From contig JACIYJ010000006.1 of NCBI GenBank assembly GCA_014360015.1, positions 60,447 through 124,446 of the forward strand: 64,000 nt of DNA, written 5' to 3'. A program made the translations under genes and the position numbers. Positions within the stretch are counted from its first letter, which is position 1; every line of letters begins with the position of its first letter. This document shows, in pieces, positions 9,637 to 20,152 of this stretch. The notes beneath the pieces are model-generated. The model saw only the letters and a list, made by a program, of their open reading frames with translations, was not told where the DNA came from and ran no database searches. The stretch is from Candidatus Aminicenantes bacterium (GTDB lineage Bacteria > Acidobacteriota > Aminicenantia > Aminicenantales > Saccharicenantaceae).

Positions 9637-12600
9637 TCAGAATTTGTATCTGACCGAGAACTTGAACACTCTGGTCGCAGAAATTCCAGTCACCCGACCA
9701 TAATTGTAGTCAATGGTATAAGTACCAACGTTAGTTCCTTCATCTGCTGGATACCAGGTACTAATCGGGTTTTCACCATAGTAAACATATCTGTTGCCAA
9801 ACAAGTTGTAGATATCAGCAAAAAGACCGATGGTGCCATAGGGAAGTTTGAATTCTTTCTCTATATGGAAATCAACATTGGCGGAATCTTCGGATCTTCT
9901 GCTTCCATTAGGTTCCAGACGAACCCAGACCGGCCAGGCCACGATGTTATGCTCTTCTGCCCAATCAGCAGGTGGAACGATGGTTACACTGCGAGCCCAG
10001 GGCGTACCCAGCTGATATCTCATAAAGAAGGAAGTTACAAAACCATAGGGCAGGTTAAAAGTTCCGAAAAGCTTGAACTGGAACGGAACATCATAGCCAT
10101 CTCGACCTGGTGCGTTCACGAAATCATTCGGACTGCCACCACATTCGAAAGAAGTAGTTTTTGAAATGACCACAGAACCACCTAAAGACCAACCATGAGA
10201 AAACCTCTTGTCGAACTGGAGTTCCAGGCCGTCATACTTTCTGAACTGTTCAGGTATGTTCATCTTCAGGTAAAAATTTTTCCAGTATGGTGAATCCTTA
10301 GTCATAAAATAAACTGTGACTTCTTGTTCTGGAAATACGCCATAAGCTGGAACTTTGGTGGTAAAGGGCACGTACCATTCAGGAGCCTGGTTGAGAGTAT
10401 ACCAGAATCTTTTTGTATCAGGATCATACTTTGCCCAACCATAGATTTTAGATTCTTTTTTATGGATGTAGTTCAACTTGACAGCGAAATCATTGAATAG
10501 CTGGTGCTCGATTCCAGCGACAATTTCATTATGGACTGGAGACCTTAAATTTTTATCAACTCTTGAGCGCAGATAATCCGGGTCGGGTCTGACGAACATG
10601 CCCAGACCCCAGCGAGGATCGTACCGGTCAATTCCTGGGCTATCTGGCTGGCCGTTTCCATTAAGGTCCCACCAGTTGAACTCATATTGAGCCATAACAG
10701 CCGGAGAAACTTCAGAGAACCACATAACCGGAACCTGCTCGGAGTAACGAGCATAGGAGAGTTTCAGAGCAGTTCGGCCATTACCAAAAAGGTCATAGCT
10801 GAAACCGATACGAGGAGAAACATCAGTAAACACCAGAACATCTTTTATAGGATCCATCTCAAAAGGTCCAAAGGGATTGAAGCCAAGTTCAGGCTCGAGC
10901 GTTTGGCCGATTTCATAAGGCAAGCCGGTAATCCCGGTGGATTTAGCCTTGCCGCCCCAGCCGTTGTAATGGTCAATCCTCAAGCCAAGGTTGACGGTTA
11001 ATCTGTTCTTGATCGACCAGTTATCCTGAAAATAGCCACCGATTCTATATTCCATTAGGTCCTTATAACTGTCGCTTCTTCCAGTCCCGCAGTTGGTAAA
11101 GGATAATAAACCGTCACCAAACTCTGGATGTGGTTCAGAAAGTCCGTAATATCCCCGATAATAATATGGGTTGCCGTTCCAGTAGTACCAGTTCATCGGG
11201 TTGGTCCGGGCATAAGCATACCTGTCCCAGCCAAATTGAAATTCGGCACCAGCACCGATCTCATGATCACCGCCCAGTAAATTATCCTGGAAATGAGTTA
11301 AGCGAACTGAAGCCTGGCTGGTGTGTCTGGTAATGTAGCTTTTCCAGGATTGAATACCATTCCAGATATAGCCAGTATAAAGGTCATAATAGCAAGTGTT
11401 TGCATCTGACTCTGGATGAGTAACAATCGGATAATCAAGATGGTTGAGGTTAATTCTAAAATCAATAAAAGAATTCTGGCTGACAATCCAGGTCAGATTA
11501 GCAGTTCCGACATATTGTTTGGGCTTGGCCATGAAGGTTGTTTCTTCTGTTTTTCTGGCCCAGGCTTCGAACATATTTTCTGATTGGGAATAGGAGAAAT
11601 AAGTAAAGAATCTCAAATTCTTAGAAAACTCAGTGGTCAGCTTCAGATTGCCTCTGAAATTCTCGCTCGGAACTTTGTACTGGTCATAATAAGTTCCAAA
11701 AATGGTTGTGGGAATAAATGGACTCCAGCGGCTGGCTTTGTAATAAGCAAAATCGGTAAAAAACCAGAGTTTGTCCTTGATTATCGGGCCACCGAGAATT
11801 CCAGAAGTGTCAAGGTTGTAAAGGTCAAAGCTGGGTTTGCCGATTTTCATGGCTTTCAGTTTTGAATCAGGGAACAGGACCTGGGCTAAATCTTTATTGG
11901 TATAATAGGCTTGAACTTGACCGGAAAAGGTATTCCCACCTGACTTAGTAACCACGTTAACAAAAACCCCTCCGGTGGTTCCGACTTGGGCTGGTAAGGC
12001 TCCAGTCACCACTTCAATTTCTTCAATCGCATCAAACTGAGGAGTACCAAAAGGACCACCCGTTGTCGGACAGTTGGCATTGATTCCATCTACTTCGTAA
12101 GTCACCCCACGCCAAAGGGTACCATGAACGCTGCCAGAATAAGTTGACATTGTGCCAACAGTAGCCGGGACCAGGGCCAGAACATTTGTCAGGCTCCGGT
12201 TGAGAGGCAATTTGGCAATCTGTTCAGAGGTAACGGCAGTGGTAACCTTGGTTTTCTGAACATCAATTTCTGGAGCCTTAGCCACAACAGTAACCTGTTC
12301 CTCGAGCGCAGCTGGTTCCATTTTGAGGTCCAGAGTCACAGTCAAACCCACTCTAACCACTACGTCAGTCAGGGTCAAAGTCTTGAATCCCTGAAGTTCA
12401 GCGGTCAGAGTGTAAGTGCCCGGCGGTATGGCCGGCAGACGAAAAGAACCATCCTCCCGGCTGACATCAGTCGCCTTACCCATCATGCTGGGACCGGAGA
12501 GAGTAATGTTAACTCCCGGCAGCGGGTTGCCATCAGTGTCTTTGATGACTCCGCGAACCGTACCGGTCTGACGGGTAATCTGAGCCTGGAGGACAGTAAA

Positions 12601-12651
12601 GGAAAGCAGAAGAACAAAGCCGAGAAAGAGAAGACTCTTTCCTTTACGCAT
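9637..12651 (-). CDS. TonB-dependent receptor-like outer membrane protein with carboxypeptidase-regulatory-like N-domain
   Basis: N-terminal GTVRGVIKDTDGNPLPGV, plug motif VNVVTKSGGN, C-terminal Phe. Confidence 0.85.
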   Translation of the reverse strand: MRKGKSLLFLGFVLLLSFTVLQAQITRQTGTVRGVIKDTDGNPLPGVNITLSGPSMMGKATDVSREDGSFRLPAIPPGTYTLTAELQGFKTLTLTDVVVRVGLTVTLDLKMEPAALEEQVTVVAKAPEIDVQKTKVTTAVTSEQIAKLPLNRSLTNVLALVPATVGTMSTYSGSVHGTLWRGVTYEVDGINANCPTTGGPFGTPQFDAIEEIEVVTGALPAQVGTTGGVFVNVVTKSGGNTFSGQVQAYYTNKDLAQVLFPDSKLKAMKIGKPSFDLYNLDTSGILGGPIIKDKLWFFTDFAYYKASRWSPFIPTTIFGTYYDQYKVPSENFRGNLKLTTEFSKNLRFFTYFSYSQSENMFEAWARKTEETTFMAKPKQYVGTANLTWIVSQNSFIDFRINLNHLDYPIVTHPESDANTCYYDLYTGYIWNGIQSWKSYITRHTSQASVRLTHFQDNLLGGDHEIGAGAEFQFGWDRYAYARTNPMNWYYWNGNPYYYRGYYGLSEPHPEFGDGLLSFTNCGTGRSDSYKDLMEYRIGGYFQDNWSIKNRLTVNLGLRIDHYNGWGGKAKSTGITGLPYEIGQTLEPELGFNPFGPFEMDPIKDVLVFTDVSPRIGFSYDLFGNGRTALKLSYARYSEQVPVMWFSEVSPAVMAQYEFNWWDLNGNGQPDSPGIDRYDPRWGLGMFVRPDPDYLRSRVDKNLRSPVHNEIVAGIEHQLFNDFAVKLNYIHKKESKIYGWAKYDPDTKRFWYTLNQAPEWYVPFTTKVPAYGVFPEQEVTVYFMTKDSPYWKNFYLKMNIPEQFRKYDGLELQFDKRFSHGWSLGGSVVISKTTSFECGGSPNDFVNAPGRDGYDVPFQFKLFGTFNLPYGFVTSFFMRYQLGTPWARSVTIVPPADWAEEHNIVAWPVWVRLEPNGSRRSEDSANVDFHIEKEFKLPYGTIGLFADIYNLFGNRYVYYGENPISTWYPADEGTNVGTYTIDYNYGRVTGISATRVFKFSVRYKF

Positions 12652-12828
12652 AAGAATCCTCCTTTATGGAATTTTAATGATTTCTTTTTTTAAGAAGGCA
12701 GGCAGGAAATAAATTGAATGTTTGGCGACTCTATCCGTCGTTATGTTAAAAACCCCGGGGTCGAAAGTTTCCGCCCCCTCAATCTTTCTAAAACCTCTTT
12801 TTTTCCGCTTGGGCTTCATAAGCTTTCC

Positions 12829-12894
12829 TTATGTGTTAACGATAACGCTCACGACTGAAAATCAACTTAAAAATATGTTAACGTTAACACATAA
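12829..12894. promoter_or_regulatory. Two LacI-like operator sites in the divergent receptor/araB intergenic region
   Basis: Perfect palindrome TGTTAACGTTAACA at 12876-12889 and variant TGTTAACGATAACG at 12834-12847. Confidence 0.6.
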
Positions 12895-13164
12895 ATTTTA
12901 TATAATAGAATCGAAAACAATGTCAAGAATTTTTTTATGGTCCAGTCAGGCAAAAAAATTAAGCCCCACAAATGCATTGAATTTTTTACCTTTTAGATTT
13001 TTATTTTTATTATCGGTGTCTGTTGTTGTATCATTTTTCATAAGGCAAATGGAAATTAAATCCGCCTGCGCTTCACCGCCCAAAAGGGGAAGCCAAAACT
13101 TCCATCTGGCCAGAACCGACTTTCTTTTTTCCCAAAAAAAATCCTTATTTAACAAGGAGGTAAA

Positions 13165-14904
13165 ATGAGTCCCAAGAAAAGAGCCTACAGTTTAGGTCTG
13201 GATTTCGGGACAAATTCAGTCCGGGCTTTAATTGTGGACACCGCTACTGGCAAAGAGATCAGCACCGCTGTGGTCAATTATCCTTCTGGCGAGGCTGGTA
13301 TCTTGCTTGACCCTAAAGACCCCAATTTAGCCCGGCAGAATCCGGCTGATTATGTTGAATCTATGACCAAAGCCATCCGGCAGGCTGTAAACAAAGCCCG
13401 AAAAGCCCAGAAAGGCTTTACTGCTGACCAGATTATTGGCATCGGTGTCGATACCACAGGTTCAACTCCTCTACCTGTTGATAAAAACGGTCTACCTCTG
13501 GCCTTCCATGATGAATTTAAGAAAAATCTTAACGCCCAGGCTTGGCTATGGAAAGACCACACCGCTTTTGCCGAAGCTCAAGAAATAACCGAATTGGCGG
13601 CTAAAGAACATCCCGAATATCTGGTCAAATGCGGCGGGGTATATTCTTCAGAATGGTTTTTCAGCAAAATTCTCCATTGCTTGAGAGTCGATCCGAAAGT
13701 TTTCGAGGCTGCTTATACCTGGGTCGAATGTGTGGATTTTATCCCGGCTCTCATCACCGGCACCTTGGCTCCCGACAAAATCAAGCGCAGCCGCTGTGCC
13801 GCCGGCCATAAGGCCATGTTTAACGAGGAGTGGGGTGGGCTGCCGGCCAAAGAATTCCTTAGCCAGCTGGACCCAAAACTTGGAGAGCTCAGGGACAGGC
13901 TTTACGATAAGACTTACACTTCCGACCAGGTGGCTGGCTACCTCACCAAATCCTGGGCTAAAGCGTTTGGTCTCAAGCCAAGAATTCCGGTGGCGGTTGG
14001 TGCTTTTGATGCTCATCTTGGAGCGGTGGGCGCCGGTGTGGCTCCTGGAAAATTTGTCAAAATTATTGGCACCAGCACCTGCGATATCTGCGTCTGGCCG
14101 AACGACAAACCCTTAGCGGACATTCCCGGTCTCTGCGGAATCGTTGATGGCTCGGTCCTGCCCGGTTACTTCGGGCTCGAGGCCGGTCAGTCGGCTGTTG
14201 GTGACATCTTTAACTGGTTTGTAAATCACATCCAGCCAGGCGGTCCAAGAAAGGGAAGTCATGAAGAACTGACCAAAAAAGCGGCAACACTGCTTCCGGG
14301 CGAGTCCGGCCTCTTGGCTCTGGACTGGAACAACGGTAATAGGACTATTCTGGTTGACCAGAGACTTGCCGGTCTTCTGCTTGGACAGACGCTTCATACC
14401 CGGCCCGAAGAAATCTACTTGGCTTTGATTGAAAGCACAGCCTTCGGCGCTCTGACCATTATCAAGCGGTTTCAGGAATACGGGGTTGAAATAAATGAAG
14501 TCATTAATTGCGGTGGAATCGCTGAAAAAAATCCACTAGTCATGCAGATTTATGCTGACGTTTTCGGTTTAGAAATGAAAATTGCCAGGTCTTCTCAAAC
14601 TTGCGCTCTCGGTGCAGCCATGGCTGGGGCCGTAGTCGCGGGAAAAGCTGCTGGCGGCTACGACCGGTTTGAAGAAGCTCAGGCAGCTATGTGCGGGGTG
14701 AAGCCAAACACCTTCAAGCCCAGACCAGAATATCATCAGGTCTATCAGGAACTCTATCGCCTTTACCGGGAACTGCACGACGCCTTTGGAACAAAACAGT
14801 GGTCAGGAAATCTTTATCACGTGATGAAAGACCTGCTCAACATACGCGACCGACAGCTGGAAAAAGCCCGCCAGCTGAGCCAATCTAAAAGAAAAAAGAA
14901 ATGA
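13165..14904 (+). CDS. araB: Ribulokinase
   Basis: GLDFGTNSVRA, WKDHTA, YSSEWF, ALDWNNGNRT; RBS AAGGAGG. Confidence 0.93.
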   Translation: MSPKKRAYSLGLDFGTNSVRALIVDTATGKEISTAVVNYPSGEAGILLDPKDPNLARQNPADYVESMTKAIRQAVNKARKAQKGFTADQIIGIGVDTTGSTPLPVDKNGLPLAFHDEFKKNLNAQAWLWKDHTAFAEAQEITELAAKEHPEYLVKCGGVYSSEWFFSKILHCLRVDPKVFEAAYTWVECVDFIPALITGTLAPDKIKRSRCAAGHKAMFNEEWGGLPAKEFLSQLDPKLGELRDRLYDKTYTSDQVAGYLTKSWAKAFGLKPRIPVAVGAFDAHLGAVGAGVAPGKFVKIIGTSTCDICVWPNDKPLADIPGLCGIVDGSVLPGYFGLEAGQSAVGDIFNWFVNHIQPGGPRKGSHEELTKKAATLLPGESGLLALDWNNGNRTILVDQRLAGLLLGQTLHTRPEEIYLALIESTAFGALTIIKRFQEYGVEINEVINCGGIAEKNPLVMQIYADVFGLEMKIARSSQTCALGAAMAGAVVAGKAAGGYDRFEEAQAAMCGVKPNTFKPRPEYHQVYQELYRLYRELHDAFGTKQWSGNLYHVMKDLLNIRDRQLEKARQLSQSKRKKK

Positions 14905-15028
14905 CAGGATAGAGAAAATGATTATATATGAAAATAATTTCATATATTACTAAAACCAATCAGAAATGGTTGCAATGACTAAACTTTGTTATCAATTAAA
15001 AATCGAAAAGGAGAAAAAAGAATAAACA

Positions 15029-15727
15029 ATGTATGAAGAATTAAAGAAAAGAGTTTATGAAGCCAACCTCAAGCTGGTGGAATATGGGCTGGTTATCTTG
15101 ACTTTTGGTAATGCAAGCGAAATTGACCGGGAAAAAGGAGTGATGGCGATCAAACCGAGCGGCGTGGAATATGAAAAAATGACACCCGAAGACATCGTTG
15201 TTCTCGACCTAAATGGGCGGCCGGTTGAGGGAAATTTAAAACCGTCTTCCGACACCCCAACTCATCTTTACCTCTATAATTCATTTCCCGCCATCAGCGG
15301 AATTGCCCATGCTCACAGCGATTATGCTACGGCTTTTGCTCAAGCCGGGATAGGAATTCCCTGCTTAGGTACCACTCACGCTGATCATTTTCCCGGTCCA
15401 GTTCCTATAACCAGAGTGCTGAAGGAAGAAGAGGTAGCCGGTGATTACGAGCTAAATACAGGCAAAGTCATTGTGGAAAGATTCAGCCAGCTTGACCCGC
15501 TCCATTATCCTGCCTGCCTGGTTTCAGGCCATGGGCCTTTTGCCTGGGGAAAATCAGCCCGGGAAGCGGTGGATAATCTCTTAGCTTTAGAAAAAATTGC
15601 TAAGATGGCAGCGCTAACGCTTTTTATCAATCCTGAGGCTAAAAATTTAAAAGATTATTTGATAAAAAAACATTTTGAACGAAAACACGGGCCAAAAGCC
15701 TATTACGGACAAAGAAAGGAGAAATAA
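15029..15727 (+). CDS. araD: L-ribulose-5-phosphate 4-epimerase
   Basis: IKPSGV, PSSDTPTH, GTTHADHF, HGPFAWG, KHGPKAYYGQ. Confidence 0.93.
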   Translation: MYEELKKRVYEANLKLVEYGLVILTFGNASEIDREKGVMAIKPSGVEYEKMTPEDIVVLDLNGRPVEGNLKPSSDTPTHLYLYNSFPAISGIAHAHSDYATAFAQAGIGIPCLGTTHADHFPGPVPITRVLKEEEVAGDYELNTGKVIVERFSQLDPLHYPACLVSGHGPFAWGKSAREAVDNLLALEKIAKMAALTLFINPEAKNLKDYLIKKHFERKHGPKAYYGQRKEK

Positions 15728-15728
15728 C

Positions 15729-17216
15729 ATGTTAAACATTAAAAACATTCCCGAAGTTAAAATTGGTTTGCTGGCAGTCAGCCGCGACTGCTTTCCCATC
15801 GAGCTTTCCAGGAAAAGACGCCAGGCGGTGGTCGCTGAATGCCAGAAGCTTAACCTTCCCGTGATTGAACTTCAAAGCATCATCGAGAATGAGAATGATA
15901 GTCTTAAAGCTCTCGAAGAAATCAAAGAAAAAGGTGTCAATGCCCTGGCTATTTTCCTGGGCAATTTCGGACCTGAAGGGCCAACTACCATCCTGGCTCA
16001 AAAGTTTTCAGGACCAGTAATGTTCGCCGCAGCGGCTGAAGAAACCAGCACTGATCTATATAACGGCCGCGGAGATGCTTACTGTGGTTTGCTCAATACT
16101 TCTTATAACATCGGGCTGCGTCAACTAAAAGTCCATATTCCAGAATATCCGGTAGGAACCGCGGCCGAAGTAGCCAGAATGATTGAGGAATTTCTGCCGG
16201 TAGCCCGGGTCTGGCTGGGTTTAAAGAACCTTAAAATCTTTGCTTTTGGACCGCGGCCTCAAGATTTCTACGCCTGTAATGCTCCGATTAAACCGCTTTT
16301 TGACCTGGGTGTGGAAGTGATGGAGAATTCTGAGCTGGATCTTTACGACATTTTCTTAAAAGCCGCTGGCTCACCAGAGATTAAAGCTGTGGCCGCTGAT
16401 ATGGCTAAGGAGCTCGGTTCTGGAAATACCTATCCAGAGCTTTTAGAGAAACTGGCTCAGTATGAAGTGGCTTTGATTAATTTCATGGAAAAAAATCTGG
16501 GGGCTTCCAAATATGGAGTTTTTGCCAACAAATGCTGGCCGGCTTTTGAAGCCTACTTCGGTTTTGTTCCCTGTTATGTCAACTCCAGATTGGCCAGCCG
16601 GGGAATTCCCGTGGCCTGCGAGGTGGATATCTACGGTGCTCTGAGCGAATACCTGCTAACGTGCGCAACCGAACTACCTGCCACTTTGCTCGACATCAAC
16701 AACACCGTACCCGCTGATATGTATGAGAAAAATAAGGATAAAATTGGCCACTATAAGCCAACAGATTTATTCATGGGTTTCCACTGCGGCAACACCGCCT
16801 CCTGCTGTCTGCTTAACCCGGCAATCAAATACCAGCTCATCATGCACAGGCTGATGGAACCGGGAAAAGAACCGGTAATTACCCGGGGTACCCTTGAGGG
16901 ACGCATAAGACCAGGTGAAGTAACCATTTTCAGGCTGCAGGGAACGGCTGAAACTGAGCTTCGTTCTTACATGGCTCAGGGTGAAGTGCTGGACATAGAG
17001 CCGCAGTCATTCGGCAGCATCGGCGTTTTCGGCATCAAAGAAATGGGCCGTTTCTACCGCCATGTGTTGATTGATAAGAGATTTCCGCATCATACGGCTG
17101 TGGGCTTTAAGCACGCCGGGAAAACGTTGTTTGCAGCGATGAGGATGCTGGGTCTAAAGGAAATTTATTACAACCAGCCTGAAAGTTTACCTTACTCGAC
17201 TGAAAATCCATTCTGA
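15729..17216 (+). CDS. L-fucose/L-arabinose isomerase family (FucI-type) protein
   Basis: RGDAYCG, CEVDIYG, FHCGN; start moved to ATG 15729 behind AAGGAG; follows araB-araD. Confidence 0.8.
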   Translation: MLNIKNIPEVKIGLLAVSRDCFPIELSRKRRQAVVAECQKLNLPVIELQSIIENENDSLKALEEIKEKGVNALAIFLGNFGPEGPTTILAQKFSGPVMFAAAAEETSTDLYNGRGDAYCGLLNTSYNIGLRQLKVHIPEYPVGTAAEVARMIEEFLPVARVWLGLKNLKIFAFGPRPQDFYACNAPIKPLFDLGVEVMENSELDLYDIFLKAAGSPEIKAVAADMAKELGSGNTYPELLEKLAQYEVALINFMEKNLGASKYGVFANKCWPAFEAYFGFVPCYVNSRLASRGIPVACEVDIYGALSEYLLTCATELPATLLDINNTVPADMYEKNKDKIGHYKPTDLFMGFHCGNTASCCLLNPAIKYQLIMHRLMEPGKEPVITRGTLEGRIRPGEVTIFRLQGTAETELRSYMAQGEVLDIEPQSFGSIGVFGIKEMGRFYRHVLIDKRFPHHTAVGFKHAGKTLFAAMRMLGLKEIYYNQPESLPYSTENPF

Positions 17217-17247
17217 AAAGGGGGACAACTATGTCCCCCTTTTTTTT
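17216..17247. terminator. Bidirectional intrinsic terminator
   Basis: AAAAGGGGGACA-acta-TGTCCCCCTTTTTTT between convergent genes. Confidence 0.85.
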
Positions 17248-19471
17248 ATGGCCTTATTGACAGCGTGATCTTAAACACTCCTCGGTCGCCAACTGCATAG
17301 AAGCGGCTGGTTGGATCCCAGCGTCGTTCCCAGTTAGAGTTATAAATTAGATAGATGAAATTACCTGGCCTAACTTCCCAGCGGAAGCGAGCACTCCAGC
17401 CGAGGAGCCTGGAAACACTGTCATACTGGATATAATTCATAAAGCCCAGGTCAGGAGAAAAATAAAAATCGAGCTTCAACTGAAAAACATTCTCGTCGAT
17501 TTTGCCCTGCGGCAGTGTTCCCCGCACTATTTCTGTGTTGAATGACAGGTCAAGGTTGCCCCGGAAATGATAGGTCAAGCCGGCTGAGAGGTCGCCGTAG
17601 TGTCCTGAATAAAACTGACCAACAGTATAGCCGAGATTAAAGGATAAGGGACGATAAGGTGCGCTATTAAAATTCAGGCGGGCATTGGTAAAACGGTAAG
17701 GTCCGGCCGGCAGAACTGTTCCTGGAGCCACTTCAAAGTTATAAGGTAGCACATCGTAGTTGACGACCACATTGGCGGTGAATCTATCTCCTGTTTCGGT
17801 TCTAAAACTCAGCGGGGTAAAAGTTAGGCGGCGGGTTTCAAGGGTGCCATCCAGCTTCCAGTAAAAATCTCCGCTGGCCTGGAAGAAAAATTGCCTTATG
17901 AGTTTATCCAGCCAGCCCCTGGTCGGCCGGGGATTATAACCTAACTGAAGGTAGAAGGTCTGAATAGCTGGCCTCATCATGTAACCCAGGCCAGGATCAA
18001 GAGCATCTCCGTAGTAGGCATAGGTTGATTCTATGCTTATCAGGTCATTAGGATAATTGGCTCTAAAACCGAATCCCTGGTGCTGACCGGGCTTATCATT
18101 CCAATTGTAGGCAAACCAGGCCGCTAACCAGATGTTTTTATTTCCAGCAAAGCGCGAGCTGGCGTAATTAATATCAAAGCCTATAAGGCTATTTCTGGCG
18201 CCGGTGGGACTGCCGTTGGTGAGAATCAGGCCAATTTTGCTTTCAGAAAGAAAATCATAAGTTACCCGGCCGGCAAAAAGATTGGTCCGCGGCAGCGGAC
18301 CAAAGGGAGCCATTTCCATATCCATCATCGATAAGTTGAACTTGCCAACTTTCCCGTAGAGCTTGGCTCCAAAATCTATGGGCACCTGCTGCCCCTGGTA
18401 GAGTCCGATGCGGCGGCTAAAAAAGGGATAAAAGCTAATGCTGGAACTGAAATTGAAGGTCTCTGAGCCTTCCAGGAAAAACATTCTTTTTTCCGGATAA
18501 AAGAGCGGGAAGCGGGTCAGGTTTAGACGCCGGTCATCAACTTCGGTTTCAGCAAAGTCAGTTTTGTAGGTAAAGGCAGCAACCAGGTTGGGAGTAATAT
18601 TCTTGTAAATATCAACTCCGCCCTGGGTTTTCCAATGGTAAGTGCTGCCGGCCAGATGGTCGTTTTGGGCAGCAATCAATCCATAAGGACGAATCGTTAT
18701 GCCCAGCCCTTGTTCGATGTCTGAAATACCCACCAGCTCGGCAGCCATCATCGGGCTATTAAAATTAGCATCACGTGAGATTCCAGAAAGACGGATGATT
18801 TCTTGCTTGCGGGCAATATAGCGTTCGACGTTCAATCCCCAGGCTGGCAGATCTTTTTTGAAGGAAATGGTTTTAAAGGGGATTTTAATTTCAGCTGACC
18901 AGCCGTCATGAAGAATCTTAGCCCGACCTTCCCAGATGCCATCCCAGTTGAGGCTGGCGTCACCGCCGGAGACCAGGCCTTCACTGCGGGCACCTTTGGG
19001 GTTGATATAGAAAATGTAAGCAGTTCTTTTATTAAGAAATGGGTCAATAAGAATCCTGACTATGTCGTTAGCTGTACTGGCTGATTGCCTGATTCCATAC
19101 ATGCCTTGGCTTTGGCCGGTCTGGTCGTGGGCTAAGGAATTAGCAGCAATTTTCTTGGGCTCGCGGTCGTAGCAGTAAATTCCAAGATAGAGGTTCGATT
19201 CGTCGTAAAGGACACGCAGTTCGGTTTTCTCTGTGGGCTGAGCTCCGGGTGTGGGTTCAACCATCCTGAAATCAGTAAAAGGGACCGCTTCTTTCCAGAC
19301 CGGGTCTGAAAGCAGACCGTCAATCTGAGGTCCTTTGTCTACCCGGACCGCTCTGATTTTAACCGAAGCATTTTCCTGAGCAGCTGAAGACGGCCAGGCC
19401 CAGATGATAAGTGCTTGTGAGGTAAATGTTAACGTTCCAATGATTAAAATAAAATAGCCTTTTATCTTCAT
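17246..19471 (-). CDS. DUF5916 / CBM9-like outer membrane protein (start uncertain, up to 19540)
   Basis: GPQIDGLLSDPVW, WSAEIKIPF, DFAETEVD, FYPEKRMFFLEG, FFSRRIG. Confidence 0.8.
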   Translation of the reverse strand: MKIKGYFILIIGTLTFTSQALIIWAWPSSAAQENASVKIRAVRVDKGPQIDGLLSDPVWKEAVPFTDFRMVEPTPGAQPTEKTELRVLYDESNLYLGIYCYDREPKKIAANSLAHDQTGQSQGMYGIRQSASTANDIVRILIDPFLNKRTAYIFYINPKGARSEGLVSGGDASLNWDGIWEGRAKILHDGWSAEIKIPFKTISFKKDLPAWGLNVERYIARKQEIIRLSGISRDANFNSPMMAAELVGISDIEQGLGITIRPYGLIAAQNDHLAGSTYHWKTQGGVDIYKNITPNLVAAFTYKTDFAETEVDDRRLNLTRFPLFYPEKRMFFLEGSETFNFSSSISFYPFFSRRIGLYQGQQVPIDFGAKLYGKVGKFNLSMMDMEMAPFGPLPRTNLFAGRVTYDFLSESKIGLILTNGSPTGARNSLIGFDINYASSRFAGNKNIWLAAWFAYNWNDKPGQHQGFGFRANYPNDLISIESTYAYYGDALDPGLGYMMRPAIQTFYLQLGYNPRPTRGWLDKLIRQFFFQASGDFYWKLDGTLETRRLTFTPLSFRTETGDRFTANVVVNYDVLPYNFEVAPGTVLPAGPYRFTNARLNFNSAPYRPLSFNLGYTVGQFYSGHYGDLSAGLTYHFRGNLDLSFNTEIVRGTLPQGKIDENVFQLKLDFYFSPDLGFMNYIQYDSVSRLLGWSARFRWEVRPGNFIYLIYNSNWERRWDPTSRFYAVGDRGVFKITLSIRP

Positions 19472-19744
19472 AGCAAACTCGCTCGGCTGAAATCTTGGTT
19501 CTTTTACCATGGACCCGGTAGGATTAAAATTCCGGGTCAAGTGGAAGAAGCTTGCTCTTTTGGAGCTTTTTATCTTCCAAAAAAATTTTGCTTTGAGTCA
19601 GGGTTTGATTTTAGCTTTTTTTGCGGGGGCTGGCAACATCTTTGCGAGCGTTGGTAACATCTCGAATTGCCTCTTTTAAATCATAGGTGAAAATGACTCG
19701 TTACCACACGTTGCAATTAGACTAAGTTTCGCTGCAATCCCTTC

Positions 19745-20140
19745 TTAATAAGAGGTCCTATTCCTACTCCTAACCATTCTTGAATATGCCTGATATCTTC
19801 TATGTCTACAAGCTGGATTTTTAACGTAAAGGCAATCTCGCATTTTTTTGATGATTGGTTCTTCAAATTTAACCAACTTAAGGAATTTGTGGTTTGTTCT
19901 ACTAAAAAGGTTAGTTGTTAATGGAAAAATTGGAATTAAATCTGATTCAATCGATTTTACATATGTTCAATATCCGTTAATTATTAGTTTATGGTACTTA
20001 TATTGATTCAAGACTGGTTGCAACCAGCCGTCGACTAATATTAAACGTGACCATCTTTTTTTGTTCCAAAAATAGTAATTTTCTTCTTGTTTTAAAAATG
20101 TTGCTCCGATGATAGTATAATTTTTTCCTTCGAAAAACAT
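19745..20140 (-). pseudogene. Second ORF of the array-1 cassette: 57 aa to TGA (19967-19969), frame stays open 73 more codons into the terminal repeat
   Basis: RBS AAGGAGGT, then MFFEGKNYTIIGATFLKQEENYYFWNKKRW...NGY*TYVKSIESDLIPIFP...; manual translation. Confidence 0.55.
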
Positions 20141-20152
20141 GTTTACCTCCTT

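Noticed and set aside
12722-13168. 148-aa TTG-start ORF upstream of araB
   Set aside because: Spans the AT-rich promoter/operator region, with no RBS or recognisable domain.
19490-19570. Hairpins upstream of the DUF5916 gene (GACCCGG...CCGGGTC)
   Set aside because: No riboswitch consensus I can recognise; a covariance-model search would be needed.
19811-19822. GCTGGATTT(TT) shared between cassette 1 and spacers at 20623 and 20768
   Set aside because: A 10-11 nt match is too short to claim self-targeting or crRNA regulation of the cassette.
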